From: Atractiella rhizophila
Taxonomy: Eukaryota
Assembly: GCA_021432655.1 (NCBI GenBank)
Contig: MU271500.1
Location: 1 to 38,904 of the forward strand
Direction: 5' to 3'
DNA: 38,904 nucleotides
Every line of letters starts with the position of its first letter. Within the stretch, counting starts at the first letter, position 1. The notes beneath the pieces are model-generated. The model was not told the DNA's origin, did not search any database, and saw only the letters and a list, made by a program, of their open reading frames with translations. The position numbers and the translations under genes were made by a program. This document shows positions 10,355 through 23,136 of this stretch, in pieces.

Positions 10355-12049
10355 GGAGCACCCGATGCAGCGATTGAAAGCTCTTAAGGTAGATATGCCT
10401 AACAGAACACTATTAGCACTTGTCCGACGCAGGCACAGCTCACAGATATGTTGTCGGGGAGCGGTCAACCTTGAAGCTAAGCTTGAAGGCAGGTGGGGAA
10501 AGACTCTTGCGACGACCTGCGACGTCCATCATCCTACAACCTCTCTACATCCTCTACATCCACTTGTGCCTCCTTGCGTCTATCCAGTTGAGGACGACCT
10601 CGTCAGTGCCCCTCTCTCATGTTACCTTCTCTCCGACTCCACACATCATCATCCTATGTTATAACTAGCAACCTTTCATCTGCTTAGTATCCGTCCAAAT
10701 CTTGTTTAACTTCATGAATCCGTCTCAGTCTCCGCTACCAAGGGTCTCGAGTCTGTCTTGGTTGCAGAGGTGTATTGATTTTTTTTGTCGAGCGGGTGAG
10801 GATGAATCCGTCTGGTCTATGCGGCTTTGGTGACCACTGACAAGTGCACGCTTAGATTCAACATGAATTCGCTCTGCTCCTACCTCCTCCTGCCGTGTCC
10901 GTCACTCCCTCCCACTGACGTTCATATCAAACTCGTTGTTGCCGAAAACACTAGAAGTGGACGACCTCCAAAGCCGCCAGGGCTCGAATCGGCCCTCCCT
11001 ACTGTTTCTCGGATCACATCTCTCCCTCCATCCCAATTGGTGCCTCGACCGACTACTGGAACGCTGGCTCCAAGTCTTGGGTCTAAATGGCAGACGATCC
11101 GGATTGTCACTGCTCACAAGCGCAACCAACAGCAACCTAACGTCCAATAGTTGACGTTTGTGGCTGCTGCAACCTGCGGGAAGGGTTATCATTGGAACTT
11201 GATGGGCAGGGGCATAGACGGAGGCGTTTGCTCGCTCCGTCCCTTCTCTCATCCGCGGCCGCTCTAGCGCACCGTCCCGCTCACTCGAACGTCATTTCGG
11301 TGTCTCTGACTCTGACTCCTCGGGTAGCTGCTCTATTCTAGACGTTCCTCTGGGATTTGAACAATGCCGCCATTCATTCCACGACTAGACCAGGGGAAGT
11401 GACTCTCTGTCTTCAGCGATGCGATTGTTCGATAAGGACGATGAGAAGGAGGACGAAGGAGATTAGAAGGACGATAAGTGGAAGCAGAAGATTGAGGAGT
11501 AGGTTTCTTTACTCGCCGCGTTTTTCGGACAATTGCTGATGCGATTGGGAACTAGATTGCAAATATTTCCCGTAATAGTCGGCGCTGGCGCAGCTTTGTC
11601 GAAGAGATGGTACGTCTCTCATTCTCTTTTTGATGCTGTTAGACAAATGTAATTCTTATGGGTCAGCACCAACATTTTGGTTGTCAATCTCGATGAATCG
11701 AAGCACGATTTGAACTCGCTGGGCGTTTACGGTGGCATTATTAAGAGAAGGGGACGGTAGAACCATCAGGGTGGTATAAACTGCGATCTGACAACAGTAC
11801 GATGCGTACGAACTAAGTGAGCCTTTGACATGAAGCTGGATTTTCAGGCTAAGGGATAAAGTATTTTCATTGCTATTTGCTCAATAATATCGCTACACTC
11901 GATTTTGTTAACAATATTCTACAACGATAACCGCATTCTTGGTAAAAGAAAAGGAATAACAGATGAATACAACACATATTCGAAGCTACAGGACGGCGCA
12001 TGCTAGCCAAGAGGGATCTCTAACAGCCAGATGCCATCGAGTCGTCATT

Positions 12050-13607
12050 TTAAGGTGCGTCATCCTCGATGTATTCCACAAAAGTGCTCAACGGCACAAC
12101 ATTTTGCTGCTCCACGGCTAAATCTAAGGCTCGAATCGCGTCTCTCCCTGCTTGAGTCCTAACCTCCACAGGCTCTCTTTCCGACCCAATAGAGTATCCC
12201 TGGATCCCCGGAAACGAGTGACGGTTGATAGTATCGGCAAAAGCCAACCAGACTCCCGCATCTTCCTTCCCATTGAAAGAAAAATAAGGCACCAGCCGAA
12301 AAACCAACGATGGAAAGACAGCATGTGCAATGTATGTGTGGAACGACGGAAAGGAGCTCCATATCACGTATGGGATCGCTGGCAGTTGTCGACTCGAAGA
12401 GCTGCAGAAATCCCTGGCAATCATTAGCAAAGCGCAAGATATCCATGGCGGACTGGGACCGGATCCCTTCGAGCGGAGCGACATGAAAGGAGATCATGTT
12501 TCGCTTTGTGGTAAATAGAGATGATAATCCGGTGTAGCTGAAGTCGCAATTTTGCAACAAGACGTTTATGGGTCTAAACACCCAAGGTTCGAATGAAGGA
12601 GCTTTAAGACATATTGCACTATGTTTGATGGCGACGATGTCCATAGTTGGGAAATGTGGTAATAAAGGTAGGACTTCCAAAACGTCGAGGCGCCTTGGTT
12701 GGTCGGAAGGTCCGGAAACGCTCAACTGCCTCAAGCGAGGGAAAACAACGGGGAATCGGACAAGATGCCTGTGCTCATTTTGAGTGTGGAGCAGTGCAAG
12801 ATTGAGGGTTTGCACTGTAGGAGAAGCAAGTTGAAGCAGATTTGCGACATGACCGAGTTCTGCTGGAGTTCTTCCTATAGCGTGGACATGAAGATCCTTT
12901 AGATTTGAAAGGGAAGGAAGCTTTGCTGGAACAATTGCAGAATTCAAGGAAAGACTTTGCAACTTGAAACTGTGTTCAGCTACATCGACGTCTGCAGTTC
13001 CAAAGGTGCATTCCAAGGATTTTAGTTGTCGTGACGCCCCAAGCAGGGGAAATATGGCAGATATAGATCGGGTAGGAACATATTGGATCTTGATGTCTGT
13101 CAAAGCTGGCAGAGAAGGAAACGGCCATTTTTGCATGGACTCCCAACCGAAAAAGGCGAAAAAGTCAACTTCAAACGTCAAGGAGGTGATGTAAGGAGAC
13201 GCGTTCTCGATGAACGAGCGAACATAATCGCGAGCCAAAATATTCGAACCATCGTCGCCGCACAATTTTCTATCCATCAGATCCTTCTCCTCGCCCTCGG
13301 GTTCTTTCCACAATGGCTGGTTGAATGTGAATGCAAACGCGTTCATCGAAATCCTTCGTACATATTGAAAGTTGAGCTCGTTGTCGAAAAATCGTTGCAA
13401 TCGAAATAAATAACGCTGAAAACCGCCGTCTTTAAGAGGGTCGTGCGAAGTGTCAAAGACGATAGTCGTTTTCGAAATGAGCAAAGGACGAGCGAGCGAC
13501 TTCCATTCTGCGCTCACCAAGTGGCATTGAAGCAAGTCGCAGGTAGGAAGGAACGCGAGGATGACGCCAATAATCTCGAGAGGTATAGTAACGGAGCTGG
13601 ACGTCAT
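12050..13607 (-). CDS. F-box/LRR-like protein C, paralogue of B, with one frameshift in an A5 run at 12280-12284 (sequencing error or recent pseudogene)
   Basis: IPLEIIGVILAFLPTCDLLQCHLVSAEWKSLARPLL, colinear with B. Removing one base restores GALFSFNGKEDAGVWLAFAD...FVEYIEDDAP*, matching the C-terminus of B. Confidence 0.8.
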
Positions 13608-15125
13608 CTTCACTCGATGTCTCAATTCAGAGATTGAAAGGTTGTAGCGCAGATGTACCTGACAGAGGAACATCAGCAGTTATTCCTAGTAAGTATAGCC
13701 TAATACCTTAGAGAAATCACCGGAAGACTCACCAGAGAGTGAGATGGTCGTTGACCAGTTGCGGGTTGTTCCAAATTCCCATGCAACGCTGCCAGACTGT
13801 CAGTTTGCGCAAACCCGCGACTCCGCACGACCTGATCAAGGTCTCCCAGTCGGGAGATATTCTCGAGGTTGACGTAACACGTGTACATAAGGTGAGCTCG
13901 ATCAAATCGTCTCTTTCGTCTTTCTACGGCCATAACCAGTCATTCAATCTGGTCCAGGCATGATTGATTTTCAACAGCAGCAGGATATCCAAGGCTTCAA
14001 AGTGTGGAACGATGATACGTTTCCAAGCACCCAGCAAGAACAAAACGTGTTTTCTACCGCTAGTACATTTCCAGTACATGCTAGAATTCTTTTTTACTGG
14101 TGACCGTCACTGAGAGCGTGGTTCTTCTGAAGGACCAGAGGATTGCTCATACAGTGCCATTCTTTCAGCACGTTGTTACAAAGCGGATTCCTGACTACCT
14201 AGCTATCGGCACCAGTGCTGTTTGTGGCCAACTTTAATGTTGGAGGACATGCAGCACTGAAAACCTCTACGCCTCGCAAATGCCTTTTTTTTCGTTTGAC
14301 CTAGTTCGTTTTCTCAGGTTCTAGGTTGTCCTTTCCTCAACTTGAATGTCATCAAAAGCGAGGTACAACATGAACCTGTAATAGGAGCTAATTAATCTCT
14401 TGTGATTCATTTGTCTCGCAATCTTTAATAGTACATTATTCGAATTGGGAATCGTGCTCTGCGTCTTCATCAGCAAGAGTTTAGATTGCACAAGAAAAAG
14501 CGCACAGGGAACCCCTAGTTAAAGGGATATCTGCTTTCATTTCTGACCGCAGTTGCACTTGCCAGCGTCGCAAGACGAGCAGCCTAGCATTCATCCACGA
14601 TAACGTCAATCTTCTCGATTCAGAATAGGGGTTGGAGGAGCAATAACGCACTGCTGCCGCAGGAACATTGGGCACCAGCAGTGCCGGAGCAGCTGCATTT
14701 GTCGTTGCTGCATCCACATCAGATTCCATTTCATTGCAGTTTCAGAGTGAATTCTGGAGCAGCGAACCTGCAAGGCATGATCTCGCTTTTGCTTGAAGTT
14801 GTTGATACTCTTTGGTAGTCGGCGGAGGAGTCTCAAAGATCGAAATGAGGTGTCACGGGGGGGGAATCCTTGTCTCTACTCCTTTTATGACAGGGAGAAC
14901 TTGATGGCTACGTCAAACACTGTCAGATGACGTGAGAGCGGGGGAAGAGGTCAGGCCAGCTGAAGTAGGCGCTGGCAGGACGAAGAGATCACGCTCTAAT
15001 ATCTCATTGCCCACGTCTGCGCATCTCCGACGACGGGTCGACGTAGTCCCTGCAAGGCGACCATTGTGACTTTCAACATTCGTTCCTTACTCTACCAAGG
15101 GTCAGAACTTCATTCACCAATCACG

Positions 15126-16028
15126 ATGATTCCTTCAAGTTCCAAGGCTCTGCTCAACCCTGGACATTCCTATGCCACAACTACCCACATCTCATTCACC
15201 TATCACCAACAGACCGTCTCCCCAGCTGCCTTCTCATACACGTACTACCTCTCCCTCCCTCCCGCCTATTCGGAAGACTCCACGTGTCATTGGCCACTCC
15301 TCCTCTTCCTCCACGGTGCGGGCGAATCTCAACGGACCGCCGGGGAATCCTATCCCGCTTTGAGGCACGGCGTGCCAAAAATCGTGCTCTGCTACGATCG
15401 TTGGAAGAGCGGGAAGGAGCCGAAGGTGGACATCCCCCAAGCAAGCAAGCTGAAAGGGAGGAATCCGAATAAAGGAGTCGACTTTGCTGCCGACCCTGTG
15501 GATGTCAAGGTCTGCAAACTCGTAGCAGAGGAGTTCGTAACTGTCACACCAGTGCTTGATATGAGTTTGTCAACTTCCTCTGTCATTTGAGGAGGAGTAA
15601 TCTGACTCTGGTTGTTGTGCCGAAGCGAATGGATATGGATGGAATCCAACCGTACTTTCCGCCCTTTTGGACGAAGTACTCGACACGTATTCCATCGATC
15701 TTTCTCGCGTACATGTCACCGGGCTCTCCGTGCATACTCCTTCAACTCCTCCGCAAAAGAAATACTGCTGATGATCTAGCGAGCAGATGGGCGGATACGG
15801 TACCTGGTCCCTCGCCCTCCACTGTCCAGAAACTTTTGCCTCGCTTCTCCCTATCTGCGGAGGAGGAGATCCTCTTCGAGTTTCCCTGATCAAAGACATT
15901 CCACAATGGGTGCATCATGGAGAGAAGGACGACATTGTGCCGATTGAGCCAAGCGTGAAAATGGTGAAAGCGCTCGAGAAGGCCAAAGAGAAAGATGAAG
16001 GTAGAGGAGCAGAAATCAAGTTTGATAG
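15126..16028 (+). CDS. Alpha/beta hydrolase (COG4099-like esterase/peptidase), 3' end cut by the gap
   Basis: WPLLLFLHGAGE; spliced RVHVTGLS|MGGYGTW; PICGGG; WVHHGEKDDIVP. The frame runs into the N gap. Confidence 0.85.
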
Positions 16029-16053
16029 NNNNNNNNNNNNNNNNNNNNNNNNN
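16029..16053. other. Assembly gap, 25 N
   Basis: Run of exactly 25 n. Confidence 1.
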
Positions 16054-16054
16054 A

Positions 16055-16736
16055 GAGCTTGCTCCCCCCACTTTCTGGCTCATTTGCATACCCCTAACAG
16101 TTGCTGACACCACTTTCGACAAACCAATCGATATGTCCAGAAGTTTCTGTATGATGAATGCAGATACAGACACCGGAAGATCCGGTCCATAATTTCCAGA
16201 GGTAACAGAGAAATTGGGAGAAAAGGTGCCAGCTCTTAATGGTCGATCTGAAGAAGGGTAGTGACTCGAAGCAACAACATGATGGACAGCTTCTGGATGA
16301 GTAAAATAAGGGCGGTGTCCTATATCGTATGTTGACTGCCAGTGGCCATTAAGACTGAGTGATATGTCCCCAGAAAAGGAGGAGAAAAACTTTGCTTCGT
16401 CAAAATCTGGCTGAACCGAACTTGGCCTGAACCCCGTGCCAACAATGCCGAGACAAACTTCAGAGTGACAGAAACCTATAAAAACATCAATGGAGTAAGA
16501 TGTGGACTGTCAGCAGCATCTGATCCGACATGAAAATATGATCCTTTCGCTTTTAGCACTCGAACTTGCTCGAAGGTCAAAAATTCATGAAAAAGACTTT
16601 GCGATGGAGCTGATATATCACGGAAGAGAAAGATGTGTAACATGCGAGCATTGGTTAGCGCTACAAAAGATTTGCTTAAAAATATAGTCAGAGGAATTCT
16701 ACAACCTGTCCCTCCTGCCATTGTGCTTGGTGTCAC
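16055..16736 (-). pseudogene. Partial second copy of F-box gene A (5' part, frameshifted, truncated by the gap)
   Basis: Matches 1733-2419 with small indels, e.g. gatgtggactg vs gatgtaggactg and aattgggaga vs aattggaga. Confidence 0.65.
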
Positions 16737-16759
16737 AGCTGATGAAACAATTTAGCTTC

Positions 16760-17658
16760 ATGCCAGTTGGCTGGAAATCAACGCACATCTCTTCCCATCC
16801 TGCTCTTGGTTATCTGAAAACAAGGCATCTGTTGCAAAAGTCTGATCTATCTGATCGTGCATCTCTGCCTCTACTCAATCGGTGGACTAACAGGAAGCGT
16901 CAATATCGAGAGGAAGAGGTTTTGGTTGACGGGTACGTACAATCAATTCGACTTGCTCCAATAAGCGAACGTCCTTCGGCTTCCCCCATACTGCGTTTTC
17001 TAGTTTGTGGATTGCCTCTCATTCCACATGAGCACAGGTATCTCTCCCGATTCCCCTTCGTGTTCAAATCGCTGAACACCTTGCGCTCTCCTGGGAACCT
17101 GTTCCAACGAATATGCCATGATGTTTTTGATGTTCTACCTCTGCTCCCATATTTCGAGTCTATGGAAGCTATGGCCTTTGCAGCTAGTGCGCTGAAATAT
17201 ACAAACCCCGTCATTCGAACCTGGCGTGTTTAAGCCAATAGCGTTCCATATACAAGATTGCGATTTTAGCTTACCGGCGTTATCCTCTCTACTCAAAGGG
17301 AACACGAGGTTTCTTCACCTCGATCTTTATCCTTTGAAGGCGACACCGTCCGCCGTGTATCTCTTGCGCTTTTCAAGGGATGACCAGACCTTTGTAGCTG
17401 ACACTGACGAAGGTGATTCAGCAGCGAGTTTATTGTAAGGTCGCGTACTCTGTTTCCATGGAAAGGAAGGTGGTTCAATACGGTGGCCTTTTACCAGTGC
17501 CATCACCCATCATTCCTTTCCACGCGTCAAGGCATACACTATTGGGTTAGATACAAAGGGTTTCAAGAGAAACATTGAAGCTATACGACTCGCGACGGAG
17601 GTGCAAAATGTATCTCTGTTGCCATCCTGAAATCCACAAGGATGGCAACAAAGCGTGA
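16760..17658 (+). pseudogene. F-box paralogue D in copy 2: not inverted, internally deleted, C-terminus retained
   Basis: ALGYLKTRHLLQ (degenerate F-box), FPFVFKSLNTL...DVLPLLPYFESM, IQDCDFSLPALSSLL, and LCFHGKEGGSIRWPFTSAITHHSFPRVKAYTIG...EVQNVSL, which aligns with LSFNGKEDGRVWLAFADIIGRHSFPRIKRYSIG...EKQNVPL of gene B. Confidence 0.8.
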
Positions 17659-19371
17659 GATTGGGACTGTTTCAATGTGACATCCGTCTTCAATTGCGGC
17701 AACGTTTTCTGTTTCTGTCAAGTTGAACCCATAGTTAGCGGATGTCTGCTGGACACTGAGAACAGAATACATGATATTACTGGATAATACAGCAATAACG
17801 ATCTAGTAGCAAAACATTTGACCTCCCTTTCAGCTGCTCCACGAAAACTCACTTATCTACGTCCTCAACCCCCCAGCTACTTTCTTCGCAATATAGCCAG
17901 TCATTTACTGTATTTGAAGGAGGGGAGTGTACTATGACAACCAAGGTTCGAAATGCGAAAACAAAACCGTTCGATTCATACTTTCATACGTTGTCCCAAG
18001 GCACGAGACGACAATAGTCTCAGCCTCTGCTCTTCCGGTCGCCATGATATTGTTGACGCTTTGTAAACTACCCAACTTGACTTCTGTAACAAGGCAGGGA
18101 AAGCTTCCTGCCCCCATTTGATCGTTTCTTTTGTTGTACATTCTACTACCATATTGCGGAAGGTAGGCAGTCTTCTCGCGGGGAGTATCTAAGCAGCAAG
18201 GATCCTGATCCTCAAACTCGTACGTGTCGTCAGGCGGTACTTTTTTGCTATTTCTCTTCGAGTTTCATCATATCATACTCGAGAAGTCTCCTGTTGTGTC
18301 TAATATGGCGTCGGAATGGCCAAAAATTGTCTCCTCAACAAATTTTATTCTACGTGCTTCAGATTTTTTATCTCGCAACTACTTAAAGCATTCAGGAGAA
18401 GTTACGCATTGAAGGTCTGCGTAATAAGTTCTAGTACATCAGAAACATCACGTACGTTTCTGGACGTCTGCGATCTATTGGCATTCCTCATGATTTCCTC
18501 TCACGATTTCAGCAAAGCTGAAGATGTCTCTATGAATGTAACTCGGTTCGTAGACGACAGTTCAGGCTCTCGATTAGAGGTAAATACGAAGCTCGCTGAA
18601 TTTTGGATCGACATCTCCACTTTGTAAAGAGTGTCACAGCAGGAGGCAAAAGGTTGATGACACTAATGGACAGAAACCGTGTGCCAATCTGCACACGAAG
18701 TCCTTCAAGGAATGATCCAACATGAACGACTACGCAAGTTTCATAACAGCTCGGTGAAGAGGTAAATACGTTGGCACGCGCAGGATTGGCTTACTTCGGC
18801 TACGAGCAGACTAAAACGCCATCGATCGAATCCTTCGGATTCTTCCACTGCCCTCTCATATCCCTCTCCGTCCTCCCATTCATGCCGCTCGCTCGAAGGA
18901 ACACTTGAATGGCTGGGCACCGGACACCTTGATCCATGGAGGAAAGAGTGAATGGGGTCACATTATCTGTGGCATTAGACCGTGAAAGGACTGGCTGCAA
19001 AGATCAAAAGTCATGAAGCTAGCTTTATCCAAATCGATGTGCCTGATGAGCAGATTGATCACACGACAATGCTGTATTTCGGGAAGGAGAACATCGAAAG
19101 CCAAAAAAAAACAACGCACAAAAGCTCGAAAACGTTTTGGCAGGTGATTTTGTTTATTTTTAGCTCAATTGACTAAGTCGTGCCAAGACAAATCCAAAAT
19201 CTGCGTTTTCCGCATTGTTTCGTTGCCCTCACTCAAAACGACACTCCTTTATCGACATCATTCTTTCCTCACCAGCCTCACCCATTCATATCATATCATC
19301 GAGGCCCCACAACGTCGCTCCTTTCACAATCACAAACTCTACTAGTAACGTCGACACAACCATAACCACCC

Positions 19372-21612
19372 ATGTCCTCCCCATGTCCACCGCAACAGCA
19401 GCAGCCCCTCTCCCGAGCCATCCAACGAGACCGCGACCACCGATGGGCCTCGCAAGCGCCTTCCCGCGCTCCAGACGGGCGGGCTGGAGCCTGAGAGCAA
19501 GGAGGACAGGAAGCTGCGGTTCACGCCTGCGGGAGTGAAGGCGATGTGGGAGGAGCGGAAGGAGAAGAAGGCGAAGATGAAGAGGCCGCCGACGATGAGG
19601 GAGATGGTCCGTTTCTTCCTTCATATCTCCCTTGATTTAGCGCGTTTGGAGGTGGGAGTTGGAGTAGCTAATTCTTTTGTTGGATGGTTTTGTGGAGCAG
19701 ATGAGGAGTCTGACCGAGGTTAATACCTTTTCGAAGGAGCCAACAGTCAGAGAATCCATTCGAGCCTGCGTCACAGTTTCATGGCTCAACCTCTTATTGG
19801 TCTTCATTCCCATCTCCTGGTTCGTCTCTTCACTTTCCGTTCCACTGTAAAGTAATCGACAAATCCAGGGCACTCCATTTTGCCTTCGAAGGCGTTAAGC
19901 CTGAGGACTCGAGCTACGTCGGAAAGAATGTGGCCGTCTTCACAACCGCTTTTCTCGCCATCATCCCTCTCGCCAAGTTGTTGGGATTCGGGACGGAGGA
20001 GCTCAGTTTGAGGGTTGGACAGACACTTGGTGCGTTCTAATTTGTGGTTAACAAACTGCAGAGAGATGTACTTGAAAGAATGGAGAGGACGTTTTGGTCG
20101 CTTTGATGGAGTACCAGAGATGATGGCCGAGATGCCAAGAGAATCCCTCTCTGCTTTCGCTACTACAATACTGCTTTGACATGTAGAAAGGTAACATTTG
20201 CTAACTGCGCACACGTGGAATAGGGGGTTTAATGAACGCGACACTGGGCAACGCCGTCGAATTGATCATTGCCATTCTCGCGCTCGTAAAATGCGAACTC
20301 CAAGTCGTCCAGTCCTCCCTCCTCGGCTCCATCCTATCCAATCTCCTCCTCGTGCTCGGAATGACATTCTTCCTCGGTGGACTCCGTTTTTCGGAACAGG
20401 GGTTCAAAGAGACCGCAAGTCAGCTCAACACGAGCTTGCTCATCATGGCCGTCGTCGCTGTACGCCTTCTTCCTCCATTTTCTTTGCATCTGTTGAGCAA
20501 GGGAGACGAATTGTATTGAATGCCGAAACAGGTTCTCATCCCCGCCGGTTTCCACGCAGCCTTCTCCGGATATTCCAGACCAGAAAGAGAGGGCCGACAT
20601 CCTGAAATTCTCGCGCGGAATAGCCATCATCCTCCTCATCGTCTACGGCGCCTACCTCATCTTCCAGCTCTGGTCGCACGCCCACCTCTACGTCGACCAC
20701 AACATGGACAAGGACAACGAGGGCAAAGACAAGGTCCGGAGGGTGGGAAGCCACAGGATGTTCCGCTCCGCACGTTCCATGGCCGCGAGGGGAGGTGGAT
20801 TGCGACCGAAGGCCCCGGCGGACTTGGAGGATGGAGAGGAGCCGGAGGAGGAGGAGGAGGAAGAGGTCCCTACCCTTAATTGGCCGTGGCTCTCACCATG
20901 TTGGTCGGTGTCACGGTCTTGGTCGGCGTGACGAGCGAGTGGCTCGTCGATTCGATCAATGGTGTGACCTCCACAGGCGCTATCAGTGAGCAATGGGTCG
21001 GTCTCATCCTGCTTCCCATCGTTGGTAACGCAGCCGAACATCTCACGGTGCGTTGATTCAGCTCACTCCTCATGATGATTTACTGATGAAATGAGAATAG
21101 GCTGTAACGGTGGGGAATGCACGACAAACTCGACCTCTCCATCTCCGTCGCCGTCGGTTCCTCCATCCAAATCTCTCTCTTCGTCATTCCCCTCCTCGTC
21201 GTCCTCGGTTGGATCATCGGGAAACCGCTCTCTCTACTTTTTGACCCGTTCGAGAGCATCGTGTTGTTCCTGAGCGTGTTGATTGTTGGGTACGCGACTC
21301 AAGATGGAAAAAGTAACGTGCGTCCTGTTCTCCTTTGCAGCCTGCTTGTTGTGCTTTGTGCTGATGCTGTGAGTAGTGGCTCGAAGGGTTTCTTCTGTTC
21401 AATGTTTATGTCATTATTGCTGTTGCTTTCTGTGAGACTTGACACTTCCCTCAGCTGTGTCTTCTGAACTAATGAGCGAAAACAGGGTTTTATCCCGGTG
21501 GAGAGACGGTCGAGGCGATGTTCAACTCGGTGCGTTCCAGATTCCATCTCTCAAATTCCATAACCACAATGCTCACGACCACAAACAGTGCGAAGCCCTG
21601 CCATCGTCCTAA
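19372..21612 (+). CDS. VCX1: Second copy of the Ca2+/H+ exchanger; frameshifts at ~19405, 20567, 20885 and 21113 are in short homopolymers (likely errors)
   Basis: Near-identical to 5041-7304. Indels: gcccct vs gccccct, ctccgg vs ctcgg, ggccgt vs ggcccgt, gtgggga vs gtggga. Confidence 0.85.
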
Positions 21613-22253
21613 CAGAAAGTCCCGACAAAATTCAGTGTACTGTTCCTACCTTTTAGTAATATCAGGCGCATGCTTGAACCTTCGCCTCAAATTTGAGAAC
21701 TTGGAGTGTCCATGGGATTCTAGGTTTCGACATCCACGATATGGTAGACGATGTTGTGGTGGCTTTGCTCTCCGTGTATAGTTTTGGGAAAGGCTTTGAC
21801 AATGCATACACGGATATTGATTTGGCCTGCGATCCCCCTCTGATTCCCATGAAAAGTTTATAACGTTACAAGAGCTCTCAATCAACAACGAGAAAGTTGA
21901 TGCTAGAAATATGGAGTTATTTATGCCCTGCCGTAGTCTTGATTTGGTTTGTAGTCGTAGTCGGAAAAGCACCGATAATATTTCAGCGGCACAATTTTTG
22001 GCGAACGACAAGAAACGACATTTACAACAATTTAGAGTCAGGAGCGTGTGGGCGAATTTGTTGTGCTCATCTACGTTTTGCATAGCACAATACTGAGTGC
22101 ACAGTACGTGACGGTGTATATCGCCTGTACAGTTTTCAGCCTTCTCAAGAGCACGAAGAGTTGACAAGCTGGCAGCAGCTTCGCCAATTGGGGTCACGGT
22201 CATCGCATTAAGTGACGATTCACATCCAGGTAATACTCGCAACAAGCACCATC

Positions 22254-22709
22254 ATGACAGCCTCGTCCCTTCCTCAAGCGTTACGTCACTTCATGCGCTC
22301 CGTCCCCCAGCCCATCTTCACGCTCACCTCTCCCCTGCTGCCGACACACAAAGTCCTCCTCTCCTCCTTCTCCTCCATCTCCCTCTCTCCACCCCTTGTC
22401 TCCTTCGCCATCCTCACCGGAGGACGTATGGACACAGCGCTGCAGCAGAACCCAAGAGCGGAGGTAGCACTGCTGGAGAAAGAGGGTGGGAAACGGCGGT
22501 GGATGGACCTAGAGATGAGGACGCGGACGGAGTTGAAGCATGTCGTGGATGGCAGCATACCCGTTACCCATGGGGCGGAAGAGGAGAAGGAAAGCACGCT
22601 CTGGATCGCGAGAGTTGTGCGGTTACACGAACCTTCAGATGGAGGGATGTGTGAACCGCTCGTCACGTTCAAACGGGGGTATTGGGAGTTGGGAACAAAA
22701 GTACGGTAG
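22254..22709 (+). CDS. Second copy of the flavin reductase-like protein
   Basis: Intact ORF with a few substitutions relative to 7939-8394. Confidence 0.75.
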   Translation: MTASSLPQALRHFMRSVPQPIFTLTSPLLPTHKVLLSSFSSISLSPPLVSFAILTGGRMDTALQQNPRAEVALLEKEGGKRRWMDLEMRTRTELKHVVDGSIPVTHGAEEEKESTLWIARVVRLHEPSDGGMCEPLVTFKRGYWELGTKVR

Positions 22710-22991
22710 CTGGAGGAAGTATGAGGAAAGTAGATAAGTGAGTTCTCGGGACTTCGCGTTGTCGGAGCTGAAATGCAGGATTCAGGACATAAAAGTAGCT
22801 ACTAGAGCTTTATTGCTATTTATTCAGTAATACCATGGATTCTGTTATCAGTGTTCAGCAAACATTGTGGGAACCCCGACTTTATTCAACTGGACAGAAA
22901 CACAAATGTCGCCGCATTCGAAGATGAGCTGGTTGAGGTCCACAACGAGGTACTGTGGAACACTCTGCTTCTCACGTCGCCGGTTCTAACG

Positions 22992-23009
22992 CCCCCCCCC
23001 CCCCCCCCC
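22992..23009. repeat. C18 homopolymer within a copy-2-specific ~95 bp segment
   Basis: Directly visible; absent from the equivalent region ~8670-8710. Confidence 0.9.
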
Positions 23010-23136
23010 AACGCTCTGTACTCAACTTAACAGAGTATCCCTGGAAATAATAAAGGAAGAAACCGCCTTGTTACACTCTTTATTGATCATGTTGGATCAC
23101 GTCCCATCCAATATCAGATGCTGTCGTGTCGTCACC

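Larger units (their letters stand above)
1733..16028 (+). repeat. Copy 1 of ~14.3 kb near-duplicate block (probable haplotype 1)
   Basis: gagcttgctcccccc at 1733 recurs immediately after the gap (16055); aagtttgatag ending at 16028 recurs at 30591-30601. Gene order is the same in both copies. Confidence 0.95.

Noticed and set aside
16029..16173. Apparent hydrolase/F-box A fusion ORFs across the gap
   Set aside because: Artefact of translating through N bases.
17581..17772. ILVDFRMAT looked like a degenerate kinase DFG motif
   Set aside because: It is the antisense of the C-terminus and 3' flank of F-box pseudogene D, which explains the sequence better.
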